A stretch of DNA of 64,000 nt from Treponemataceae bacterium (GTDB lineage Bacteria; Spirochaetota; Spirochaetia; Treponematales; Rectinemataceae), in NCBI GenBank assembly GCA_963678065.2, contig CAXXVZ010000003.1, forward strand, positions 128,001 to 192,000, read 5' to 3'. The position numbers and the translations under genes were made by a program. A model generated the notes under the pieces. That model saw only the letters and a program-made list of their open reading frames with translations. It was not told the origin of the DNA and did not search any database. Positions 46,220-57,000 of the stretch are shown here, piece after piece. Numbering within the stretch: the first letter of the stretch is position 1; each line of letters starts with the position of its first letter.

Positions 46220-48111
46220 ATTACCACAAGTCGCGGCGCTATTGGCTCGCCATCGTGCTACTGTGCGCCGTCTCGGCAGGATTGATCGCGCGCTACGCCA
46301 CGCTGGCCTCGCAGCAGGATTCCGCTCAGCCCCTGCGGGATGTGCGCGTCGAGCGCGGACGCATTCTCGACCGCAATGGCCTCGTCCTCGCCGTCGATTC
46401 TCCTATGTACAACATCGCGATCTGGAAGCCGGAGACTGACAGGGAAAATTTTCCGAAAGAGGTCGAAAGGCTCTCCTCCATCCTCGGCGTTCCCGCCGAC
46501 GAGATTCTCAGCAAATGGAGCTCGGGGAGCGCCGATTTCTTCTATATCAAGAAAAGGGTCACGCCGCAGGTCGCTCGCGCCATCCAGGACATCAAGTCTA
46601 CGGGAGCCCTCACTGGGGTAACTGTAGAGCAAGTCTCCGGCAGGCTCTATCCCGAAGGCCGTCTCGCCTCCCATCTTCTCGGTTTCGTCGGAGATGAGAA
46701 CAGGGGACTCACCGGCGTGGAGAACAAGTACGACGAAGTGCTGACCGCCCCGCCCCCCGGCGTCTCTCCGGGTGTCTCCACCGAAAACAGGACGGAGGTC
46801 CTCCGCGGCAAGGACGTCGTGCTCACTATAGACGCCAACCTCCAGTTCGTCCTCGAGGAAGTCGGCCGCAAAGCCTTCACCGACAATGGCGCGGAGGCTG
46901 TCATGATCCTCGCGGAGGATGTAAAGTCCGGCGAGATTCTTTCGTATGTCAATTTTCCCGATTTCGACCCGAATAACTACACCGCGTATTCCCCGGAATC
47001 CTGGCGCGACATGCCGGCCACCTACGCCTACGAGCCGGGCTCCGTCTTCAAGGTTTTTTCTCTCTCCTCGATACTCGACCTCGGGGCGATCACGGCACAG
47101 ACCACCTTCGAGTGCAACGGCGAATACGTGAAGGTAACTCCCTCGGGCGAACGGATAGTCATCAAGGATCTCAACAAGTACGGCACACTCAATCTCGAGG
47201 GCATACTCGCCCACTCCAGCAACGCCGGCACGGGCTATGCCTCGGACCGCGTCGACGCGATCGATCTCTACGACAGGCTCCGGTCCTTCGGCTTCGGTTC
47301 GAGGACGGGCATAGCGCTTCTCGGCGAAGTTCCGGGGGGCCTCAAGGAACCGGCTGACTGGTCGATCCGTTCCAAGCCGACAATCGCCATGGGACAGGAG
47401 GTGACGGTGACCGCCATACAGATGGTGAACGCCGCCTGTGCAGTCGGCAACGCGGGCATCCTCATGAAGCCGGTCGCCGTGCGCTCCGTCCGTGATCCTG
47501 ACGGCAAGATAGTCTACGAGAACAAGCCCCAGCCCGTCCGGAGGGTCATCTCCGAAGAATCCTCCCGGACAGTCCTGGCGGCGATGGAGTCGGCGGCGGC
47601 CATGACGGGCACCGGCTGGAGGGCCAAGATCGGCGACATGCGGATGTCGGTCAAGACCGGGACGGCCCAGATGTACGACCCGGCCACCGGAAAATACTCG
47701 GACAAGGATTACCTCGCGAGCACGCTGGCCCTTTTCCCGGCTGAAGATCCCCGGATCGCGGTCTACATCGCCATCGTGAAGCCCCGCGGCGAGAATTACC
47801 TGGGCGGTCGCGTCGCGGCTCCCGTGGTGAAGGAAGCGACCGAAGCCGTCCTGTCCATACTCGATATTCCCCGGGGCAACACGGCGACCATCGTGCATCC
47901 CGGCACAGTGGCCCTGCCCCGCGTCAGGCTTCCTGAGATCGCATCCATCATGCCCGACCTCACCGGAATACCGAAGCGCCTCCTTCTGCCCCTTCTGGAC
48001 AGAAAGGATCTGCAGGTCGTACTCAGAGGCGATGGATACGTGTTCAGTCAGTCGCCCAAGGCCGGAACGGCCCTCGCCCCGGGCGCCTCCCTCATACTCG
48101 AGCTGAAGTAG
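46216..48111 (+). CDS. Class B penicillin-binding protein (FtsI-like) with C-terminal PASTA domain
   Basis: RGRILDRNG, R.YPEG, EPGSVFK (SxxK), SSN, KTGTAQ, MPDLTG...QSPKAG. Confidence 0.93.
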   Translation: MNYHKSRRYWLAIVLLCAVSAGLIARYATLASQQDSAQPLRDVRVERGRILDRNGLVLAVDSPMYNIAIWKPETDRENFPKEVERLSSILGVPADEILSKWSSGSADFFYIKKRVTPQVARAIQDIKSTGALTGVTVEQVSGRLYPEGRLASHLLGFVGDENRGLTGVENKYDEVLTAPPPGVSPGVSTENRTEVLRGKDVVLTIDANLQFVLEEVGRKAFTDNGAEAVMILAEDVKSGEILSYVNFPDFDPNNYTAYSPESWRDMPATYAYEPGSVFKVFSLSSILDLGAITAQTTFECNGEYVKVTPSGERIVIKDLNKYGTLNLEGILAHSSNAGTGYASDRVDAIDLYDRLRSFGFGSRTGIALLGEVPGGLKEPADWSIRSKPTIAMGQEVTVTAIQMVNAACAVGNAGILMKPVAVRSVRDPDGKIVYENKPQPVRRVISEESSRTVLAAMESAAAMTGTGWRAKIGDMRMSVKTGTAQMYDPATGKYSDKDYLASTLALFPAEDPRIAVYIAIVKPRGENYLGGRVAAPVVKEATEAVLSILDIPRGNTATIVHPGTVALPRVRLPEIASIMPDLTGIPKRLLLPLLDRKDLQVVLRGDGYVFSQSPKAGTALAPGASLILELK

Positions 48112-49330
48112 CGTTCCGGCGCAGTTCCCCGAGGGTCGAAACCACGGTAGCTTCGAGCCGGGCTGAATCCGTGTCGGTTATCGGCGCGGGCGAGCGCAAG
48201 AGGACATCCATATCCTTCATGCCCGAACCCGTCAGCATGAGGACGACTCTTTTGCCTTCGCCGATGGCGCCTGAGCGCGCGAGTTTCCGGAGGGCCGCAA
48301 GGACGGTCGCCGTTCCCGGTTCGACGAAGAATCCCGCCGACGCGAAGGTCCGCTGGGATTCGAGGATCTCCTCTTCCGCGGCGCTCTCCGCGAGCCAGGA
48401 GAACCGGGCGGCTTTGTCGATGATCTCGCCGCCGCCGGGAGGATTGCCCGAGCTGAGGGCTTCGGCGACCGTGGTGAAATCGCGGAAGGGCACGACTGTC
48501 TTCGATCCCGATTTGATCGCCGTCACGAGGGGACTATTGTTGGTCGCCTGCACGACGATCATCCTCGGGAGTCTGTCCGTGTATCCGGCGGCGAGGAGTT
48601 CGATGAAGCCCTTGAAGATGCCGCGGATGTGGCCGCAGGCCGAGGTGGGGACTGCGATGAAATCGGGAACGGAGCGTCCGAGCTGTTCGTAGAGCTCGAA
48701 GGCCGTCAGCTTGTAGCCTTCTGCCCGGATGGGGCCGTTGCCCGACACGATCCTGAGGCCGAGCCCCTCCGCCATCGCGAGGACCCGCGATTTCATGTCC
48801 GCGTAATCGCCGTCCACCCTGACGACGCGGGCGCCGTGGAAGGCCATGGACAGGATCTTTTCCTTCGGGGCGAAGGAGGGGACGAAGACTATGACACCGA
48901 GTCCCGAGCGGGCGCCGTACGCGGCCATGGACTGGCCCATGTTGCCCGTGGAGATGGTCGCCGTCACTCTCTCGCCCGTTTCGGCGCACATGGCCGCGCA
49001 GGCCACCGAACCCCTGTCCTTGAAGCTCCAGGTCGGATTCACGGTCTCGTTCTTGAGGTAGAGAGCGCCCGTTTCCGCATACGCGCACAGAGCCCTGCCG
49101 GCGGGCAGAAGGGGAGTGGAGCCTTCGCCGAGCGAGAATTGCCCAAGGGGCAGCGCGAAGGGCAGGAATTCGGAAAAACGTTCGGAAGGAGTCTGACCTG
49201 GTCGGATACGGGCTTTTTCGATGTTCTCTATCGCGACTTCCAGGGATTCTCCGGCGGGAGAGAACTCCGCGAGCCTTTCGAAGGGAAATGTTTCTCCCGT
49301 CAGGGTTGATCTCAGCCACCGGCCTCTCAT
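48092..49330 (-). CDS. thrC: Threonine synthase
   Basis: SLGEGSTPL, KNETVNPTWSFKDRG, STGNMG, EGYKL.AFE, LTGSGMKD. Confidence 0.9.
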   Translation of the reverse strand: MRGRWLRSTLTGETFPFERLAEFSPAGESLEVAIENIEKARIRPGQTPSERFSEFLPFALPLGQFSLGEGSTPLLPAGRALCAYAETGALYLKNETVNPTWSFKDRGSVACAAMCAETGERVTATISTGNMGQSMAAYGARSGLGVIVFVPSFAPKEKILSMAFHGARVVRVDGDYADMKSRVLAMAEGLGLRIVSGNGPIRAEGYKLTAFELYEQLGRSVPDFIAVPTSACGHIRGIFKGFIELLAAGYTDRLPRMIVVQATNNSPLVTAIKSGSKTVVPFRDFTTVAEALSSGNPPGGGEIIDKAARFSWLAESAAEEEILESQRTFASAGFFVEPGTATVLAALRKLARSGAIGEGKRVVLMLTGSGMKDMDVLLRSPAPITDTDSARLEATVVSTLGELRRNATSARV

Positions 49331-49464
49331 GCGATCTCCTTCCGGATCGACTCCGCTTAAGGATCGATTCCGCGCTTGCCCTCGCATCTATGGAGCGATA
49401 CAATCGTGCAAAATCAGGAAGCAGTCCACCCTGTCTGCGGTCCGGCTTCCCTTTGGAGTATACC

Positions 49465-50031
49465 ATGCAAACTCGAGAAGAAGCTCTCGCGCTATGGCGC
49501 GCGAACAACGATGACGAGTCGCTTTTCCGCCACGCCCTTTCCGTCGAGGCCTGTATGAAGCATTTCGCCGCGAAACACGGCGAGGATCCGGCGTATTGGG
49601 GCCTGGTGGGCCTCTTGCACGATGTCGACTATCAGCGCCATCCCGAAGAACACCTCAAGCATGCCCGCCCCATCCTCGCTCCCGCAGGATATCCCGAAGA
49701 CTTCATCCGCGCCGTGGAGAGCCATGGCTGGGGACTCTGCACCGATGTCGAGCCTGTGTCGACGATGGAGAAAGTGCTCTTCGCCGTGGACGAGCTCACC
49801 GGCTTCGTCGCCGCCTGCGCCTATGTCAGGCCGTCCCGCAGCGTCCTCGACATGGAAGTGAGATCGGTGAAGAAGAAGTGGGGCGCAGTCAATTTCGCCG
49901 CCGGCGTACACCGCGACGTGATCGAGAAGGGCGCCGCGATGCTCGGCATGCCCCTCGAGGAGCTCATCTCCGAAACCATCCTCGCCCTGCGCGGCCAGGC
50001 CGAGGCGACAGGGCTCAAAGGAAATCTCTGA
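49465..50031 (+). CDS. HDIG/HD-domain hydrolase
   Basis: RHALSVE, GLLHDVDY, H, AVDELTG, RPS, FAAGV.R. Confidence 0.9.
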   Translation: MQTREEALALWRANNDDESLFRHALSVEACMKHFAAKHGEDPAYWGLVGLLHDVDYQRHPEEHLKHARPILAPAGYPEDFIRAVESHGWGLCTDVEPVSTMEKVLFAVDELTGFVAACAYVRPSRSVLDMEVRSVKKKWGAVNFAAGVHRDVIEKGAAMLGMPLEELISETILALRGQAEATGLKGNL

Positions 50032-50122
50032 CGGCGCGCGGCGGTTGACCTCCTCGGGCCGGACAGGCTAGCCTCTCACGATCATCGCGCTGCCATCACC
50101 CACACTGTGAGGTTTTCGATCT

Positions 50123-51454
50123 ATGCTTGAGTCCCTGAGCGAAAAATTCGTCGATATCGTCCGCAGCCTCGGCGGAAAATCGACAATAACCGAGAAGAAT
50201 GTCGACGAAGCCGTCGAACGCATCAAGATCGCCCTCCTCGAGGCCGACGTCAACATCAGGGTCGTTCGCCGTTTTGTCAACTCGACGCTGGAGGAGGCCC
50301 GCGGCGAGAAGGTTCTGCGCGCCGTCAGCCCCGCCGAGCAGTTCATCAAGATCGTCCACGACAAGATGGTCGCCCTCCTCGGCGACACGCGTCAGGACCT
50401 CCAGCTGCGCGGCCCCGACACCCAGAGCGTCATCCTCCTCCTCGGACTTCAGGGCTCCGGAAAGACCACCACGGCCTCGAAGCTCGCCAACCTCCTGAAA
50501 GGCAAGGGGCGCAAGGTCCTCCTCGTGGCCTGCGACCTCGTGCGACCGGCCGCCGTGGAGCAGCTCGCCGTACTCGGAAGCCAGGTCGGAGTCACGGTCT
50601 ACCGCGAGGACACGAAAGACGCCGTCCGCGTGGCCGAGAACGCCATGCAGCTTGCACGCCGCGAGGGATACGATACCGTCATCGTCGACACGGCTGGACG
50701 CCTTCAGATCGACGAGGCCCTCATGGCCGAACTCGTCCGCATCCGCAATGCCGTCAAACCTGTGGAATCCCTCCTCGTCGCCGATTCCATGACGGGCCAG
50801 GCCGCCGCCGAAATAGCCAAGACCTTCGACGAGAAGGTCGGCATCACGGGCGTCATCCTCTCCAAGTTCGACTCCGATGCCCGCGGCGGCGCGGCCCTCT
50901 CGCTGAAGTCCGTCACCGGAAAGCCGATCAAGTTCATCGGAACGAGCGAGCGGGCCGACGGCATCGAGCCCTTCTACCCCGAGCGTATCGCCGGCCGCAT
51001 CCTCGGCATGGGCGATGTCGTCAGCCTCGTCGAGAAGGCCCAGAGCGTCTACGATCAGAAAGAGGCCGCCCAGCTCGAAGAGAAGATGGCCACCGAGACC
51101 TTCACCCTCCAGGACTACCTGGAACAGATCTCCAAGGTGAAGAAGATGGGCTCGGTCAAGTCGATGATCGACATGATTCCGGGACTCGCGGGCCAGGTCA
51201 CCGAAGACCAGATCGATACCGCCGAGATGAAGCGCGAGGAAGCTATCCTCCTCTCCATGTCCAAGAAGGAAAGGAACAACTACCTCATCATCGGCCCCTC
51301 GCGCAGGACCCGGATCGCCAAGGGCTCCGGCACCTCGGTCGCCGAGGTGAACCGCCTCCTCAAGAAGTTCGAGAAGACCAAGCTCATGATGAAGAAGATG
51401 ATGAAGACCAAGGGCAAGAACGACTTCGCGAAGCGTTTCGGGATCGGCAAATAG
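50123..51454 (+). CDS. ffh: Signal recognition particle protein
   Basis: LLEADV, GLQGSGKTT, DTAGR, DARGGAALS, RILGMGDV, SRR.RIA.GSG. Confidence 0.98.
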   Translation: MLESLSEKFVDIVRSLGGKSTITEKNVDEAVERIKIALLEADVNIRVVRRFVNSTLEEARGEKVLRAVSPAEQFIKIVHDKMVALLGDTRQDLQLRGPDTQSVILLLGLQGSGKTTTASKLANLLKGKGRKVLLVACDLVRPAAVEQLAVLGSQVGVTVYREDTKDAVRVAENAMQLARREGYDTVIVDTAGRLQIDEALMAELVRIRNAVKPVESLLVADSMTGQAAAEIAKTFDEKVGITGVILSKFDSDARGGAALSLKSVTGKPIKFIGTSERADGIEPFYPERIAGRILGMGDVVSLVEKAQSVYDQKEAAQLEEKMATETFTLQDYLEQISKVKKMGSVKSMIDMIPGLAGQVTEDQIDTAEMKREEAILLSMSKKERNNYLIIGPSRRTRIAKGSGTSVAEVNRLLKKFEKTKLMMKKMMKTKGKNDFAKRFGIGK

Positions 51455-51534
51455 ACCTTGGGATACGTCAATGTACGCCGCCATCGGCCCGGAGCGTTCC
51501 GCGGGTCAGCCGGCCTTCTTTCCGCTTGAGCCCC

Positions 51535-51564
51535 TTTACATTCGGAAGCCTGAACGGATATACT
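51535..51564 (+). promoter_or_regulatory. Putative sigma70 promoter of rpmB
   Basis: TTTACA-N18-TATACT. Confidence 0.55.
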
Positions 51565-51594
51565 GCGCCCACAATTCCGGCTTGGAGTCATACT

Positions 51595-51786
51595 ATGGCA
51601 AGAAAATGCGAAATCTGCGGCAAAGGCACGATCTTTGGAAATACTGTTTCCCATGCCAAGAACCGCTCCCGGAGAACATGGTTTCCCAATCTCCTCGAAG
51701 TAAAAACCAAGGTCGAAGGCACGGTGAAGTCGGTGAAGATCTGCACCCGCTGCCTCAAGGCCGGCAAGGTCGTCAAGTACGTCTGA
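51595..51786 (+). CDS. rpmB: 50S ribosomal protein L28 (Zn-binding type)
   Basis: MARKCEICGKG..FGN.VSHA..R.RR.W.PNL...ICTRCLK. Confidence 0.97.
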   Translation: MARKCEICGKGTIFGNTVSHAKNRSRRTWFPNLLEVKTKVEGTVKSVKICTRCLKAGKVVKYV

Positions 51787-51814
51787 TTTCTTTTCAGACT
51801 GATTGGACAGGAAG

Positions 51815-51840
51815 GGCTTCCCAGAGGGGAAGCCTTTTTT
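51815..51840 (+). terminator. Intrinsic terminator of rpmB
   Basis: ggcttccc...gggaagcc followed by tttttt. Confidence 0.8.
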
Positions 51841-51873
51841 ATGCCCCGGAGATCAATAACAAGAATCAAAAAC

Positions 51874-51910
51874 AAGGGCCGTCCCGGATTCCTTTCCGGG
51901 ACGGCCCTTT
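51874..51910. terminator. Second hairpin, probable terminator of the convergent gene
   Basis: aagggccgtcccgga...tccgggacggccctt. Confidence 0.65.
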
Positions 51911-52015
51911 CACTATCTCAAGAATTCCGCAGGATGATCGCCCGGAGGGAATCGGTCGCCGGGCAAGGCCTCAGGCCGATTCCCTCCGGAGCCGACTGTC
52001 GGCAGACGGAGTCGC

Positions 52016-52498
52016 TCAGTACCTCCCGTGCATGCCGCCGAAGCCTGATCCCTGCCCCATCATTCCGCCCATCATGCCTTCCTGCATCCCGAGTCCGGCC
52101 ATGGCCTTCGCGGAGAGATCGATGACCCTGCTTCCGAGAGTCAGCTTCTCGACGTGGAAGACGAAGCTGTCCTTGACCGACGGAATGGCGAATTTGTAGC
52201 CTTCGAGCTTGACTTGGGCTCCTTCCTTGAAGCCGTCAATGAAACCGTAGAGCATTCCGGGAAGCCGCACGTAATAGGTGAGGGCTCCGTCCTTGATGGC
52301 GGGCGAGCCGTTCACGAGTTCGAGTTTACCCTCGATCGTTTCGATGACGGGGGCGGTGGGAAGATTTGCCTGGCTCCGCGCCATAGGCTCGAAGCCGGGT
52401 CCGCGGCCGGGACCGGGTCCGTAACCCGAGAAACCCTGGGCTGAAACCGCTCCGGTGAGGGCGATGGCGATGACGAGGGGAAGAATAGCTTTCTTCAT
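52016..52498 (-). CDS. Secreted hypothetical protein with Gly/Met-rich tails
   Basis: Signal peptide MKKAILPLVIAIALTGAVSA; AGGAG RBS; small beta-rich core. Confidence 0.8.
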   Translation of the reverse strand: MKKAILPLVIAIALTGAVSAQGFSGYGPGPGRGPGFEPMARSQANLPTAPVIETIEGKLELVNGSPAIKDGALTYYVRLPGMLYGFIDGFKEGAQVKLEGYKFAIPSVKDSFVFHVEKLTLGSRVIDLSAKAMAGLGMQEGMMGGMMGQGSGFGGMHGRY

Positions 52499-52892
52499 GA
52501 TGAACTCCTGGAAGATATGGATTGCCGGGCCGAATGCCCGGCGTCGACTGTTGGTCGACGTGAATTCATATGCATTAATCGTACCAACAGTCGTGAAATA
52601 GTATGGAAAATTTTGAGAATATTTCTAACTTGTTTTGATGCAATCAGTTGGTAGCGAAGGCGCCTGAACGTACCCGCGGGCACGCGATGGGCCTGGCCGA
52701 ATTCTCCGCGCTCCTTCGGGTGGAATGGCGCGTCGTTTGGGAAAATTTTTCCGCGGCCGCGCAGGCTTTTCCCCTCGAAGAGTGCGCAGGGTATCCGGAT
52801 TCGCTGTTCTTGGTTTTTCGAAGGCTTTGAAGTATGATCGGCACTGCAATATGCCGATAAGTAATCGAGACCAATTCCGGAGAACTACGCGA

Positions 52893-53924
52893 ATGCCTTC
52901 CCGTACATCTTTGATCCCTGTTGCGCTTTTTCTTCTGTTTACGCAGACCGCCCTCTTCGCGAAGGACAGGGGCAATGCTCCGCGTCCTTTTGCGGGAGTC
53001 TGGACGAAGCCCCTGAGCCAGGACTTGGCGGCGCCGCGCCCCTACTCTGTGTTTCCGAGTCTTTACTACACCTCTCGCCTCGCAAAACTGCCGGACGGCG
53101 TGCCGCAACGGTATCTTCCGGGGTATCCTCCGCCCGACATCATGGACCGACTTCCGGTGATCGCGAACAATCAGATTCTCGCGTTCTACGGCAGCCCCAT
53201 TTCCAAGAAGATGGGCATCCTCGGAGTCTACCCCAAGGAAGAGCTGACGAAGATGCTCCTCGAGTACGCGCGGCTCTACGACGACGCCAACGGCCCCCTC
53301 GGGGTCGTTCCGGCGTTCTACCTTATATATGGAACATGTTGGCCCAAAGGCGAAATCGGCTATCTCGACGATTCCATCGCTGAAGAGTATATCCGCTACG
53401 CCGCGGAGCGTGGCATCATCGTCTTCATCGACCACCAGATCGGCCGGTATTCAGTCGAGGCATCCATGAGCCGCATACTGCCCTTCCTCAAGTATCCCAA
53501 CGTGCATCTGGCCATCGATCCTGAATGGAGAACCCTGAAACCCATGCAGGAGATCGGTTCGATCACGGCCGCGGAACTCAACGCCGCGCAGAGGCAGATG
53601 CAGGACTATATTGTCGCGAACAATATTCCGGGACTGCGGATGCTCGTCGTCCATCAGTTCCAGGACAGGATGATCACGGAGCGGGAAACGGTGAGGGCGG
53701 ATTTTGACCGGATTCTCCTCATCCATACCGCCGACGGATTCGGTTCGCCAGCGCTCAAAAGACACTCCTACGCGCAAAACGCCAAGGCGGCGAACATTCC
53801 CCTCAAGGGTTTTAAACTGTTTTTCAAATCCGGAGTTCCGGGGGCGGGATTCGACGAACCTCTCCTGTCCCCTCCCGAGGTTCTGGCCCTCGATCCGGAA
53901 CCGGTCTTGGTGATGTATCAGTAG
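52893..53924 (+). CDS. Secreted conserved hypothetical protein (possible TIM-barrel)
   Basis: Signal-like N-terminus; LAFYG.P, MGILG, HLAIDPEW, VHQF, DGFG, GFKLFF, YQ terminus. Confidence 0.75.
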   Translation: MPSRTSLIPVALFLLFTQTALFAKDRGNAPRPFAGVWTKPLSQDLAAPRPYSVFPSLYYTSRLAKLPDGVPQRYLPGYPPPDIMDRLPVIANNQILAFYGSPISKKMGILGVYPKEELTKMLLEYARLYDDANGPLGVVPAFYLIYGTCWPKGEIGYLDDSIAEEYIRYAAERGIIVFIDHQIGRYSVEASMSRILPFLKYPNVHLAIDPEWRTLKPMQEIGSITAAELNAAQRQMQDYIVANNIPGLRMLVVHQFQDRMITERETVRADFDRILLIHTADGFGSPALKRHSYAQNAKAANIPLKGFKLFFKSGVPGAGFDEPLLSPPEVLALDPEPVLVMYQ

Positions 53925-54033
53925 TTTTCGGAAAGGAATGACGATATGTTACGGGAAAGCATGTCTGGAACGGAGTCGATTCCGGGCCACGGCATCACGG
54001 AACCGCGACCTTGTGCATAGAGGAGGCTTCTGT

Positions 54034-57000
54034 ATGAAGGCTGGGCGACTGAAGATAGTATGCTGTGTGTTTGCAGCTTTTGTTTGTTCCGTGCCGCTCA
54101 TGGCCTACGACCCTCCTGCGGGCGCCGTGTATGTTCCCGCCCTGACCGCTCCGGGGACTCTCGTCTCGTCGGGCAGCGACACCGGCTCGGGAACGGAGGC
54201 GGCCCTCGATCCCTCCTCGAGCGCAAACCCCGCATGGCAGGCCGGAGCCCGCCTGAAGCGGCTCGACGCGGCCTATCTCGGCCTTACGGACTGGGGCGTC
54301 GCGACTCAGGGCTGGGGTTCGGCGGCATCCCTGTCCTACACGCTTCCCAAAGCCTATGGTGTCTGGGGATTCGGACTCCGTTTCCTGTCCGTTCCCAGCG
54401 CCATGACTCAGCTCCCTCTCGGGACCTTCGGGGAAGGGCGGGTTTCCTTTGCCAAGCAGGTGTTCTCCAACCTGGCCCTCGGAGCGGGAGTCTCCGCGCA
54501 GGCAGGTGGCAATGGAAGTTTCGGATGGGGCGCGGGTCTCGACCTCGGGTTCCGGCACGACATCGGCGACGCGGGATTCCTGAAGGCCCTGAGCTGGGGA
54601 ATGTCACTCTCCACCATCGGCAAAGGTTTCTCCTACGCGATACCCTCCCCTGTAAACGGCGTCTTCGGCACGGCTGCGACAGCCATCACGACACCCTTCA
54701 CCCTCGGCATCGAGGCGCGGGGCTTCCTCGTGAGGACAGAAAACTGGCGCATCGGCCTCGGCCTCGGCCTCTCGACTCCAGGTTTCGGCGACCTCGATTT
54801 CAAGGCCGACCTCGGCATCGGGTATAGGGATATCTTCTCTCTCGGCGTCGGCTGGGACGCAGGGCTCAAGGATCTTCGCGCGACAACGAGCCGGAGCCTT
54901 CTGCCCTCGGTGGGGCTCTCGGTCACCATCCCCCTCGCCGGAAACGGTTCGCCCGAGGCCCCCGGCTCGATCACGACCTCGGCGGCCTACGCTCCCCTGT
55001 ACGGCGACGTATCCGCTGTCGGCGGAGGAGTCGGCATCACTTTCGGAAAACGCGACAAGTCAGCGCCCTCTGTCACCCTCGATCTCCCTGGTGCCCCGCA
55101 CGAAACCTACTACCTCTCTCCCAACGGCGACAATGTCCAAGACAGTCTCGAGATTCCTGTCCGCGTGAGCGACGAAGGCTACCTCGCGGGATGGTCCTTC
55201 AGGGTCGAAGACAAGGCCGCCGGAAAAATGATCTTCCACAAGGAGGTCGAGCGAAAGCTTCCCGACCATTTGGCGGGAGCCTCCAGCCTCGCCGAGGGAC
55301 TTGGCTACGTGAGGGCCAGTCTTCCCGTGCCGGCAAAACTTGTGTGGAACGGCTACACCGACGAGGGCAGGCGTGCCCCGAACGGCGCCTATCTCGTCAG
55401 CTTCGAGGCCTGGGACGACGAGGGGCGCCGCAATGCCGACTACATCAACTGCCTTACCGTCGTCGTCGACAACGACGCGCCGAAGGTCTCCGTGTCCGGC
55501 ATCGACAAGAACAACATTTTCAGCCCCGACGGGGACGGCATCCGCGAAAGCATCCAGTTCCGCCTCGGTGGATCCGTGGAGAAGCTCTGGAAACTCGATA
55601 TCCAGGACAAGGACGGATCCGTCGTCAGGACGGAAAAGTGGCCAAACCAATCGCCTCCCGATTTTGTGTGGGACGGAACCGACGACAAGGGCACCGTTGT
55701 GCCGGACGGCACCTACTCCCTCCATCTCTCCGCGTCCAAGGAATCGGGCTTCGCTGCCGCGAAGACGATCGAGGGCATCGTAGTCGACACCCGCAGGCCG
55801 GCTGTCGCCGTCGAGCTCGTCGGCAATATCATGAGTCCCAACGGAGACGGAAAGAAAGATTCCATTGTAATCAGACCCAAACTCGAATCGAAGTCCGGAC
55901 TGGAGAAGTTCCGGGTCTTCGTGCTCGACGTGGACAGGAAGGAAGTCTGGTCGGTGTCCGGAACCGATCCTGCACGGCTCCTCGATTCCTACACGTTCAC
56001 CGGCAAGGATGCCGCGGGAAAGACTCTGCCCGACGGTCTTTACGAGGCGGGAATCAGTCTCGAATACATAAACGGATACAGTCCGCAGAAATTCAGTCCG
56101 CCCATTTTGGTCGATTCGACTCCGCCCTCCGCCGTTCTGGCGCTCAACGATCCCAACCGCGTTTTCAGTCCGGATGGAGACGGATCGCGGGACAGCTACG
56201 CCTTCTCGATCACTGGGTCTAAGGAAGATCTCTGGACCCTCGTCATGAAGAATGAGGCTGGCGCCGTGGTCCGAACCCTCGAATACAGGGACTCGGAACC
56301 CGTCGAGTTTGTCTGGGACGGGCGCGACGACAAGGGAAAGGTCGTGCCTGATGGAAAATACCGCCTCGAACTGAGCAGTACCGACAAGGCAGACAACTCC
56401 GCCCGCTTCGTCTCCGAGCAGGTCGTGGTAGACAACCGCAGGCCGGCCCTCAAGATGCTCATCGACTGGACCGATTTCAGTCCCAACGGAGACGGAATCC
56501 GCGATACGGTCAGGCTCGTCCCGAACCTCGAGTCCAGGGATGGGCTCGTTTCCTGGAAGGTCTCGGTCTCCGATTCATCCGGCCGGGAAGTCTGGAAGGT
56601 TTCAGGCACGGACCCCGCTGCTTTGAAGGACAAATACGATTTCGACGGCATGGACCCCGCGACGGGCAAACTCCTGCCCGAAGGCGCCTACCAGGCGAAG
56701 ACCGAACTCGTCTACGCCTCAGGCTACATGCCCCAGGCTTCGACCCCCGTCTTCAACCTGGACGCGACGTATCCCGTCGTCACGCTGAAAGCGGATGATA
56801 CTAATATTTTCTTCAGCCCCGACGGTGACGGAGTGCGCGACAGCCTGTCGTTCGCCATAAAGGGATCGAAGGAAGATCTCTGGTCCCTCGAAGTGCGCAG
56901 CGAGGACAACGTCCTCGTCCGCCTCGTCGAATTCCGCGATCGGGAGCCCGAATCCTTTGTCTGGGATGGCAAGGACAATTTCGGAAAGACTTTGCCCGAT

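Noticed and set aside
52500..52890. ncRNA or riboswitch in the 390-bp divergent intergenic region
   Set aside because: Only short hairpins and an AT-rich patch; no recognisable family. An Rfam scan would be needed.
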